Source: Magnetococcales bacterium (lineage in GTDB: Bacteria; Pseudomonadota; Magnetococcia; Magnetococcales; UBA8363). From it: a DNA stretch of 64,000 nucleotides. Within the stretch, counting starts at the first letter, position 1. Each line of letters opens with the position of its first letter. The notes under the pieces are model-generated. The model did not search any database, had not been told where the DNA came from, and was given only the letters and a program-made list of their open reading frames with translations. The stretch lies in contig PEAK01000010.1 of the NCBI GenBank assembly GCA_002753515.1, positions 17,469 to 81,468 on the forward strand, given 5' to 3'. Of the stretch, positions 38,158-45,993 are shown piece by piece. A program made the translations under genes and the position numbers.

Positions 38158-38885
38158 TTTCCCCGATGCGTGGCGCCCTGTATTTCCTTGCCGGGGTTCG
38201 CCTGGTGTTTCGACCGGAGTTGCGGCGTTTCGTCTGGATCCCGTTGTTGGTGAACATTGTTTTGTTCATTCTGGGGGGATGGTACGGCTTGGGTAAAATA
38301 AGTTCGATGTTGGGGTGGGTGACCACGTTGCTCCCATCGTGGCTGCATTGGTTGAATTGGCTGGTGGGGCCATTCTTCATTATTTCCATGGTGCTGGTTT
38401 TCTTCTCATTGTTCACGGCTCTTGCCAACCTTATCGCCTCGCCGTTCAATAGCTATCTCTCCGCAGAAGTGGAGGGCCTCCTGACCGGTACCAAACCGGT
38501 GCCCGAAGACCCTTCCCATGCCATTTTGAATGAGCTGGAAAAAATATTCTATGCTTTCAAGTGGTTTGTCTGGTTTGTCGTCCTGTTTTTCATTCCGGTG
38601 GTGAACACCTTGTTTTCCCCGCTGTGGTTTTTGTTTTCAGGCTGGATCATCGCCGTGGGATATTGTGATTATCCCATGGCCAATCATGCCATGGATGGCC
38701 GTGCGGTTCGGCGGCATATGCGCCGCAACCTGGGCGCCACCCTCGGGTTCGGTGCCGCTGTCATGTTGGCGATGATGGTGCCGGTCGTCAATTGCCTGGT
38801 GATGCCGGCTGCGGTGGCGGGGGGCACGGTGTTCTGGCTGAAAACACGGGAACCGGAAACGCACCGGGACGCATTGCCCGCGTGA
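38154..38885 (+). CDS. cysZ: CysZ-like sulfate transporter family membrane protein
   Basis: 243 aa. The CysZ-type N-terminus is GALYFLAGVRLVFRPELRRFVWIPLLVNIVLF, and multiple TM segments follow. It overlaps the Sel1 gene by ATGA. Confidence 0.7.
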   Translation: MISPMRGALYFLAGVRLVFRPELRRFVWIPLLVNIVLFILGGWYGLGKISSMLGWVTTLLPSWLHWLNWLVGPFFIISMVLVFFSLFTALANLIASPFNSYLSAEVEGLLTGTKPVPEDPSHAILNELEKIFYAFKWFVWFVVLFFIPVVNTLFSPLWFLFSGWIIAVGYCDYPMANHAMDGRAVRRHMRRNLGATLGFGAAVMLAMMVPVVNCLVMPAAVAGGTVFWLKTREPETHRDALPA

Positions 38886-38914
38886 TCATTGCCCGGTTGC
38901 CGCACCAGGTGGGA

Positions 38915-41461
38915 CTACGGCTGCTGTTGAACCTCCTCCAGGTACAACTTGGCGGCTTTGTTGTCCGGATCTTTTTCCAGGATGTCCTGGAATACCAGGG
39001 CCGCTTCTTTGCTGTGACCCAATTCCGCATGCAGCATTCCCAAACGGGTTGCCGTTAACGTGTCCTTGGGCGCATGTTTCATGTAGTTGCTGTAGGTCAC
39101 CAGCGCCTCATCCCGGTACCCGTTCAAACGTTGCAGGTTGGCGTAGATGGGTATGAACACCTGGGACAATTGGGACAGTTTGCCGGCAGTGTACAGTGCA
39201 TCCCGCAATTCGGATCGTTTCAGATGGATGGCGAGCATGCATCGCAAGCTTTCATGGCGCAGACCCTCCAGGGTGATGTGCTTGAAATGTTCCAGCGCCT
39301 CATCGTACGCCTCCCGGTGATCTGCGAGATAGCCCTGGATCAACGATAGGAATTGCTCTTTGTCGGGAATGGGGCTTTTTGCGATGCCATGCATGAAATT
39401 GGTCAGCTTCTCAAATTCTTTCTTATGCAGGAAGGATTGCGCCTTGATCCGTATGGCTTCCGGAGAGGCCAGATTGCGCTGACAGTGCGCCCGGTAATCG
39501 GTTTCCGTGGCCTCGAGCAAGGTTTGGTATTCCTGGAGCGCGGCGCGAAAAAGCTTGGCGACGGGCTCGGGCAAGGTGTCAACACGTAATTGACGTTTTT
39601 CGAGAAAACACAGGGCGCGTCCGGGTTGGCCATCGCTCTTCCATTGTTGGAAAATCGCTTTAAAAGGGGGTTTTTCTTTTTCGGCATCACTGTTGGCCCG
39701 GATCCGCTGCCGTGCCAAATCGATGACCTTGATGAGATCCACCGTGTTGTTGTGATAGATTTCATAATAATTCAGCCCCGCCCGCTCAACCTCCTGGTCG
39801 CTCAAAACTTTTTCCTTATCGGGACTCCCCAGTCGCAGGAAACTTATGATGTTCCATTGTTTGACCAGTCGGGTTAAATCACCATGGTCCGTATTGAGGG
39901 ATTCCTCAATGGCATCCATGCGTAATTTATATTTATAATCCATCGGCTTGTTTTTACGACCAAACAATCCCTGGTTGCACTTCAAGGCTTCGGTGGTGAG
40001 CTTTTGAATCGTCAGCAGTTCACTGCGTACCCGGAACAATTCCGTTTCGACCATGGCGAAATGCTGTAATCGATCTTCTCGCGTTTCCCGGGGTATCTGC
40101 TGCCAAAAGGTTTCCCTTGCGGGGATTTCCCGGGATTCCGGGATGATTTCCGCCCAAGGAACATGCTCCACATGCGCAATCTTGGCAGAGCCCTTGGAGG
40201 GATTGCAGACCCGACACCCACGTGATTTTCCCGTTTCCGCCAATTGACTGAGGGCCGGGATGGCATTGAACAAGTCGGCACTGGTTTCGGCTTTCCAACC
40301 GCCATTGGTTTCCACCCACAGATCGCTGCGATAGGCCGAAGGCCCGGTGCGAACTTCAAGACTTCCCGAGGCGTGCGTGAAACCTTCTTTGTTGAAACAC
40401 AGGTCAAAGCCGCACAATATGACCTGGGAAAATCCCATGTGGACGGCGGAACCGAGGGCCTGATGGGAAACGGTGATGCCCGGATACGAAGGATTTTCCG
40501 TGTTGAGCGGTGTTTTCCACGGAAAGAGCGTTCCCATGTACATGCTTTGGCCGCACCACTGACCCATTAACCGGGAGTTGAGATGGTACATGTTGACCAG
40601 CAGCGATTCCTTGCCAAAGGCGAGGATATCTTTGCTCAGATGGAAAATGATCTCGTGGGGGTCGATGGCATAGATCAGGTCGGGGACTATCTTCTCACGT
40701 TTGAGTTGTCCGCCGATGCGGGCAACCGCCAGGACGATGATATCTTTCCGGTGGCTGCGAACCCACTCAAAGCTTTCATCGAGGGAAGGGCCACCGGCCA
40801 TGAGAACAGCGGTCATTCCCTGGAATTTGTCATGCAGCACCGATACGGGCACACGATTGCCCGGCAGATTTTCCAATCCCCGTAGCATGAAAATTTTGGA
40901 GCCTATTTCCTGCCCGAGTTCAATCTCCGTCTGTCCGAATATCCGGTCAAATTCCCCATTCAAATCAACATAGGCGGGGAAGAAACCATCGACGACGCCC
41001 AGGGAGCGGATGGCGATATTTTTACCGATATAATAATAATCTTTCATGGAGAAAGCCGAGGCCTTTTCTGGCCACTTCTCCACCGGGCAGATACTGACAT
41101 GGGGTGGGAATGTTTCCGGAAGGATACCTTCGTTGCCCAAATAATCGATCATTTCTGGTAATTCCAGAAAAATGAACCGGGTGCCCTGAGGTGGCTTTTT
41201 GCCCAGTATCCATTGCAATAACAATCCACCATCGGTGCCGAGGATGGAGAACAGACACTCTTTGCCTTCAAACATGGCTCCATAATGGCGTTGATAAAAA
41301 TTGTCCGATCCGACTTGAGAAAAGGTCTCGCCATTGATGGACGGGAGATAGCGTTCACCGAATTTGTTGGTTACAAACGGACCGAAAGTTTCAGAATGAT
41401 TGCTCAAGACGATCATCCTCGGGCTTAAGTGGGGGGAGTGGGCGTGTACCAGGATCCGCAT
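38915..41461 (-). CDS. Motility accessory factor (Maf)-type flagellin glycosyltransferase with a C-terminal TPR region
   Basis: 848 aa. The central region is DUF115/MptE-like (AVLMAGGPSLDESF...VIYAIDPHE-type pattern). TPR repeats lie at the C-terminus (AELGHSKEAALVFQDILEKDPDNKAAKLYL). It lies beside the flagellin cluster. Confidence 0.7.
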   Translation of the reverse strand: MRILVHAHSPHLSPRMIVLSNHSETFGPFVTNKFGERYLPSINGETFSQVGSDNFYQRHYGAMFEGKECLFSILGTDGGLLLQWILGKKPPQGTRFIFLELPEMIDYLGNEGILPETFPPHVSICPVEKWPEKASAFSMKDYYYIGKNIAIRSLGVVDGFFPAYVDLNGEFDRIFGQTEIELGQEIGSKIFMLRGLENLPGNRVPVSVLHDKFQGMTAVLMAGGPSLDESFEWVRSHRKDIIVLAVARIGGQLKREKIVPDLIYAIDPHEIIFHLSKDILAFGKESLLVNMYHLNSRLMGQWCGQSMYMGTLFPWKTPLNTENPSYPGITVSHQALGSAVHMGFSQVILCGFDLCFNKEGFTHASGSLEVRTGPSAYRSDLWVETNGGWKAETSADLFNAIPALSQLAETGKSRGCRVCNPSKGSAKIAHVEHVPWAEIIPESREIPARETFWQQIPRETREDRLQHFAMVETELFRVRSELLTIQKLTTEALKCNQGLFGRKNKPMDYKYKLRMDAIEESLNTDHGDLTRLVKQWNIISFLRLGSPDKEKVLSDQEVERAGLNYYEIYHNNTVDLIKVIDLARQRIRANSDAEKEKPPFKAIFQQWKSDGQPGRALCFLEKRQLRVDTLPEPVAKLFRAALQEYQTLLEATETDYRAHCQRNLASPEAIRIKAQSFLHKKEFEKLTNFMHGIAKSPIPDKEQFLSLIQGYLADHREAYDEALEHFKHITLEGLRHESLRCMLAIHLKRSELRDALYTAGKLSQLSQVFIPIYANLQRLNGYRDEALVTYSNYMKHAPKDTLTATRLGMLHAELGHSKEAALVFQDILEKDPDNKAAKLYLEEVQQQP

Positions 41462-41498
41462 GCGGGCAAAAAAAGGCGGCTGCTATTTATTGCCGATT

Positions 41499-41706
41499 CT
41501 AAACCGCAGCTACTTTGGGATGCGTAGTTTCCGTCATCCCCGCCCCCGATTCAAGCATTCGAGGGCAGGCTTCAGCGGGGATCCAGAGCCTGCCCCAGAA
41601 TGCTTGAATCGAGGGAGATCTTTTCATCTTTCTCTAACTTTCTGGATTCCCGCTTTCGCGGGAATGACGCTGGAAAACTACGTTTTCCGTGTAGGTTGCG
41701 GTTTAG
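41499..41706. mobile_element. MITE-like composite palindromic repeat, family B, copy 2
   Basis: It runs from ctaaaccgcagctac... to ...ggttgcggtttag. The left core is split by a nested module of about 30 nt. The carbamoyltransferase stop codon (41703-41705) lies inside the terminal gtttag. Confidence 0.7.
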
Positions 41707-43541
41707 TCCAATTCAAATCGATCTTTGTAATCTTTAAGGAGTTGGGGATTTTGGCATTCCTTTTTGAGGAAACAACGCCCAATCGCGAGGGTTTCAATGC
41801 CGGTACCCATGAAGCAATGAAAGGCATCTTCCGGGGAGCCGACAATGGGCTCACCCCGGACATTGAAACTGGTATTGACAATGACCGGGCAGCCGGTGCG
41901 TTCCCGGAAGTGTTGTATCAAGGCGTGATACAGGGGATTGGTTTCACGATGAACGCTCTGGATCCGGGCGGAATAGTCAACATGAGTGACCGCGGGTATG
42001 GTGGAACGGGGAATGTTTAATTTATCAATGCCAAAGAGTTGCTGTTCCGCCGCCGTCATGGCGCGTCTCCGGGAGGGGTGAACATCGTCCACCAGCAACA
42101 TGTACGGGCTATCGGTATCCAGGTTGAACCATTCCCGCATCTCCTCGCGCAATACCGAAGGGGCGAAAGGACGAAAAGATTCGCGAAATTTAACTTTAAG
42201 GTTGAGCGTGGATTGCATGGTCGCTGAACGGGCATCGCCAAGAATGGAACGGGCCCCCAAAGCACGTGGTCCGAACTCCATGCGCCCCTGGAACCATCCC
42301 AAGGCTTTTCCTTCGGTCAATGCCTTAACGGAGGCTGCAATCAGGTCGCGTTCCTCCAATACCTCAAAGCAGGCACCGGCGGCGGTCAGACGCCGTTCGA
42401 TTTCTTGCTGCGAAAATTCGGGACCCAGATAGGCACCCTTCATGGCATCAAGATGCCCGGACGGGGTGCGTTCGTGCCCCATGTGTTCATGATAAACCGC
42501 CAGGGCGGCACCGAGGGCACCACCCGCATCTCCCGAGGCGGGTTGAATCCACAGGTGGGCGAAGTGTCCATCACGCAAAATTTTGCCATTGGCCACACAA
42601 TTGAGGGCAACGCCCCCCGCCAAACACAGGTTGGGGCTTGCGGTTTCCCGGGCCAGGGAACGTGTCAAACGCAACACCGCTTCTTCGATGACAACCTGAA
42701 TGGAGGCTGCCAAATCCATCTCTTTTTGGGTAATCGGTTCTTCGGGTGTACGCGGTGGACCGCCGAAAAGGTGATGGAATTTTTTGCCGGTCATGGTCAG
42801 ACCGGTACAATAGTCAAAATAGGAAATGTCCAGGCGGAAGGAGCCATCCGCCTTGAGATCGATGAGATGATCAAAGATGGTTTGCGCGAAACGGGGTTGG
42901 CCGTAGGGGGCGAGACCCATCACTTTGTATTCGCCGGAGTTGACTTTGAAGCCGGTGTAATAGGTGAAGGCGGAGTAGAGCAGGCCAAGGGAATGGGGGA
43001 AATGAATTTCTTTCAAAAGTTCCAATTTATTGCCACGCCCCATCCCCATGGAGGTCGTTGCCCATTCACCGACACCATCCAGGGTCAGAACCGCAGCTTC
43101 TGCAAACGGGGAGGGAAAAAAGGCGCTGGCAGCATGGCTTTGGTGATGTTCGGCGAACAGCAGGCGGGATTCGTCGGAAAAAGCGTCATCCAGGTGTCGC
43201 AATTCCTGCAAAAGCATCTTTTTCAGGAACAATTTTTCCTTGATCCATACCAAAATGGCCATGCGAAACGAGGGGAACCCCCGGGGGGCGAAGGCCAAAT
43301 AGGTTTCCAGCAACCGTTCAAATTTTAAAAACGGCTTGTCGTAAAAAACAACGTGGTCGATCTTGGATAGGGGAACCCCGGCGGCATCCAGGCAATAGCG
43401 TACCGCATGGACGGGAAAGCCCGGGTCGTGTTTGTTACGTGTGAAACGCTCCTCCTGGGCTGCGGCGACAATCGCCCCATCTCGGACCAGGGCTGCGGCA
43501 CTATCGTGATAGTAGGCGGAGATTCCAAGTATGCGCGCCAT
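41703..43541 (-). CDS. NodU/CmcH-family carbamoyltransferase
   Basis: 612 aa with the typical N-terminus MARILGISAYYHDSAAALVRDGAIVAAAQEERFTR and a conserved C-terminal domain (VNTSFNVRGEPIV). Confidence 0.9.
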   Translation of the reverse strand: MARILGISAYYHDSAAALVRDGAIVAAAQEERFTRNKHDPGFPVHAVRYCLDAAGVPLSKIDHVVFYDKPFLKFERLLETYLAFAPRGFPSFRMAILVWIKEKLFLKKMLLQELRHLDDAFSDESRLLFAEHHQSHAASAFFPSPFAEAAVLTLDGVGEWATTSMGMGRGNKLELLKEIHFPHSLGLLYSAFTYYTGFKVNSGEYKVMGLAPYGQPRFAQTIFDHLIDLKADGSFRLDISYFDYCTGLTMTGKKFHHLFGGPPRTPEEPITQKEMDLAASIQVVIEEAVLRLTRSLARETASPNLCLAGGVALNCVANGKILRDGHFAHLWIQPASGDAGGALGAALAVYHEHMGHERTPSGHLDAMKGAYLGPEFSQQEIERRLTAAGACFEVLEERDLIAASVKALTEGKALGWFQGRMEFGPRALGARSILGDARSATMQSTLNLKVKFRESFRPFAPSVLREEMREWFNLDTDSPYMLLVDDVHPSRRRAMTAAEQQLFGIDKLNIPRSTIPAVTHVDYSARIQSVHRETNPLYHALIQHFRERTGCPVIVNTSFNVRGEPIVGSPEDAFHCFMGTGIETLAIGRCFLKKECQNPQLLKDYKDRFELD

Positions 43542-43548
43542 GAAGGAT

Positions 43549-43698
43549 CTAGAAAAGGGTGTAAATAAATGGTGCCACCGCAGAACCCTGGCTGAGAACG
43601 ATCAGTCCACCCAAAAGGACCATCGTAATCAGGATGGGTAGCAACCAAAATTTTTTTCTGACCCGCATGAACGCCCAGAGTTCAATGAAAAAAGACAT
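43549..43698 (-). CDS. DUF5989-family small membrane protein
   Basis: 49 aa: MSFFIELWAFMRVRKKFWLLPILITMVLLGGLIVLSQGSAVAPFIYTLF. This matches the pattern of small proteins that I recall usually accompany these carbamoyltransferases. Confidence 0.75.
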   Translation of the reverse strand: MSFFIELWAFMRVRKKFWLLPILITMVLLGGLIVLSQGSAVAPFIYTLF

Positions 43699-43758
43699 GG
43701 TAAGCGGTGCCGGTTTGAATATAGTGGGGAAAATGATGGTTTGGCTTGCTGTGATCAA

Positions 43759-43938
43759 CTTAAACCACAGCTATCTTGGGTTGCGTAGCTTTTGTCATCC
43801 CCGCGAAAGCGAGGATCCAGGGATCTACACACCATTCCCTGACTTTCTGGATTCCCGCTGAAGCCTGCCCCCGAATGCCTGAATCGGGGGCGGGAATGAC
43901 GCTGGAAAATGACGTATCCAGCGTTGGTTGCGGTCTAA
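43759..43938. mobile_element. MITE-like composite palindromic repeat, family B, copy 3 (same orientation as copy 2)
   Basis: It runs from cttaaaccacagctatc... to ...ggttgcggtctaa. Here the right core, not the left, is split by the nested module tgaagcctgcccccgaatgcctgaatcggggg. Confidence 0.7.
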
Positions 43939-44176
43939 AATCCCCGGGTCCGGGCCGAGCCGATCCATCAGCTCGACACAGTACCCGGTTTGGAAGCCTT
44001 TGAGACTGAACAGGTCCATTACACCGGCCCACCCCTCTTGATGAACCGACGTAACAGCCCATCAGCAGCGAATCCCTTCATCGAAACCTGGCGATACCCA
44101 CAAATCTCGCATGGGAACCGGCATGCTTGCTGCTGAACGGGTGGATTGACCTGATCCAAAGTTTGGGGATAAGAAT

Positions 44177-44386
44177 CTACACCACCTCCACGTCGTTGGC
44201 CTGAAGGCCTTTTTGGCCTTGAACCACAGTGAACTCGACTTTCTGGCCTTCTTTCAACGAGCGAAACCCATCGCTCTTGATTGAGGAGAAGTGAACAAAA
44301 ACGTCTTCACCATGCTCACGGGCGATAAATCCAAAGCCCTTGCTATCGTTGAACCATTTGACGGTTCCTGTTTCCCTGTCAGACAT
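44177..44386 (-). CDS. Cold-shock protein (CspA family)
   Basis: 69 aa starting [36 protein letters not shown], which contains the RNP1 and RNP2 motifs. The ORF track extends upstream to 44506. Confidence 0.9.
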   Translation of the reverse strand: MSDRETGTVKWFNDSKGFGFIAREHGEDVFVHFSSIKSDGFRSLKEGQKVEFTVVQGQKGLQANDVEVV

Positions 44387-44640
44387 GTATGCAAAACTCC
44401 TGTTGGTTTGTTCAATGTACACGGCGTTTATAGCATGTTGCAGTCCAGAAGCAAACAAAATTGTGCAAAAAAGTGGGAAATAAAGAAAAAAAACATCCAA
44501 TCGCAAGGGGAAAGCGGGGATTGAAACGAAAAAATCATGAATAATTTCTGACGGTTATTCTTGGAGGGAAAAAGACGTGCATCGGGTACACGACCTTGAA
44601 GACAGCAGTTCCGACAGCACAGAGTGGGGAAAGGAAGTGC

Positions 44641-44994
44641 TTATGCTTGCCGCGACATCAGGATCAACGATTTGGCGGCACGGCCATAACCTTGACGCAT
44701 GGATTGCATGCGGCGATTGTGGGCCATGATCTGCTGCGAGACCTCCCCCTTGCACTCGTTCAATCCGCTGGTCACCCGGGCGAGCTGTTCAACGAGCATT
44801 TGCAGGCGGGGTTTGAGGAAAGGGTCATTGGCGGCGGCTTGACGCAACTCTTCTTCAGACAGGTGGTGCAACCGGTCCGTGGCCTCCAGCCAATCCTGGT
44901 TCAATCTTTCGAGATCTGGTACCGCCAATTCATCTGGCTTTTCCAAACGCCGCAGAATCGTTTCCAACCAGACGACAACGGTTTCCACGGACAT
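44641..44994 (-). CDS. Hypothetical flagellar-locus protein in the FliT position downstream of fliS
   Basis: 117 aa, predicted helical. Its start overlaps the fliS stop (TGATG). The function is inferred from position only. Confidence 0.5.
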   Translation of the reverse strand: MSVETVVVWLETILRRLEKPDELAVPDLERLNQDWLEATDRLHHLSEEELRQAAANDPFLKPRLQMLVEQLARVTSGLNECKGEVSQQIMAHNRRMQSMRQGYGRAAKSLILMSRQA

Positions 44995-45434
44995 CAGTAG
45001 GCCCCCCCTGCCAAACGCCGGGGGGCACCCTCCGCCGGGGTGGCCATGGCCGCAGCGGCCTGGCCCTGCACCTGACGCACGGCAACGCGCCAGCCCTCCA
45101 GCAGGGTATTCAAATTTTTGATCACAATGCGGATCTGTTCCATATCCTGTTTGATATTGGCCTCGGTCAGCCGGTCGATCATGTAGCTGTACAACTCGAA
45201 GAGTTGAATCGCCAAATCCCCACCCTTCTGGAAGTCGAGAGTGGCCTGCAATTCCGAAACGATGGCCAATCCCCGGCGCAGATACATTTTATGCTCGCTG
45301 AGGCGCTTGGACTCCTTCTCCAGTATGGCACGCTCCAAAAAACGGATCGCCCCTTCATAGAGCAATATGAGGAGGTCTTCCTTGGAGGCGGTATTGGCCT
45401 GCGAAGTCTTGTATCGTTTCAAACCGTAGGACAT
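44994..45434 (-). CDS. fliS: Flagellin-specific chaperone FliS (paralogue 1, 146 aa)
   Basis: FliS four-helix pattern: EDLLILLYEGAIRFLERA...RGLAIVSELQATLDFQKGGDLAIQLFELYSYMIDRL. Confidence 0.85.
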   Translation of the reverse strand: MSYGLKRYKTSQANTASKEDLLILLYEGAIRFLERAILEKESKRLSEHKMYLRRGLAIVSELQATLDFQKGGDLAIQLFELYSYMIDRLTEANIKQDMEQIRIVIKNLNTLLEGWRVAVRQVQGQAAAAMATPAEGAPRRLAGGAY

Positions 45435-45452
45435 GGGGTCGGGCCTCGCAGA

Positions 45453-45824
45453 TCAGGAGAGAACCAATGGCCGGGCACCACGCCATCCGTCAAGCAATAT
45501 TTCCAACTGTTCAATAACCCGGTTGATATAATCCGTCTCATGGGTCAAACCCGATTGCGCCAAGCTCTCCAGCATGAACGTGTACAAGTCATTCAACTGG
45601 TTGGGTACCGGACCGCCCCTCTCATAATCCAATGTGTTCTGGAAATGTTCAATGATCCGTTTGCCCCTTCCCAGTTTATCTTTGAAATCATCGACCCGCC
45701 CATCTTCGCAGGCCTGGGAGGCCTGGTTCAAAAACTTGATGCACCCTTCGTACAACTGGATCAGGATTTCCAATCCGGAAAGCGGTGCCGGGGTTTCCTG
45801 GGTTTGTGCCACGTGTGTATCCAT
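45453..45824 (-). CDS. fliS: Flagellin-specific chaperone FliS (paralogue 2, 123 aa)
   Basis: LEILIQLYEGCIKFLNQA...GKRIIEHFQNTLDYERGGPVPNQLNDLYTFMLESL. I chose the ATG at 45824; the ORF track starts at 45881. Confidence 0.85.
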   Translation of the reverse strand: MDTHVAQTQETPAPLSGLEILIQLYEGCIKFLNQASQACEDGRVDDFKDKLGRGKRIIEHFQNTLDYERGGPVPNQLNDLYTFMLESLAQSGLTHETDYINRVIEQLEILLDGWRGARPLVLS

Positions 45825-45958
45825 TGGACAGGCTCTCTTTCTGCAATGTGTGGTCGTCCACCTCTCCCGTGTACAATCCATTGCTTTGACTCAAAGGGAA
45901 AGGCTGGCGTTTCGTTGATTCAGTGTTGCGGGTGCCATGGCATCAGCGCAAAAGTGAA

Positions 45959-45974
45959 AGCAAACATCAGACCA
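45959..45974 (-). promoter_or_regulatory. Weak sigma54-like element between fliD and the fliS pair
   Basis: The minus strand reads TGGTCTgatgtTTGCT. GG and TTGC are correctly spaced, but the -24 box is imperfect. It lies about 135 nt upstream of the fliS ATG at 45824. Confidence 0.3.
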
Positions 45975-45993
45975 ATAATTCTGATCGCCCCTG

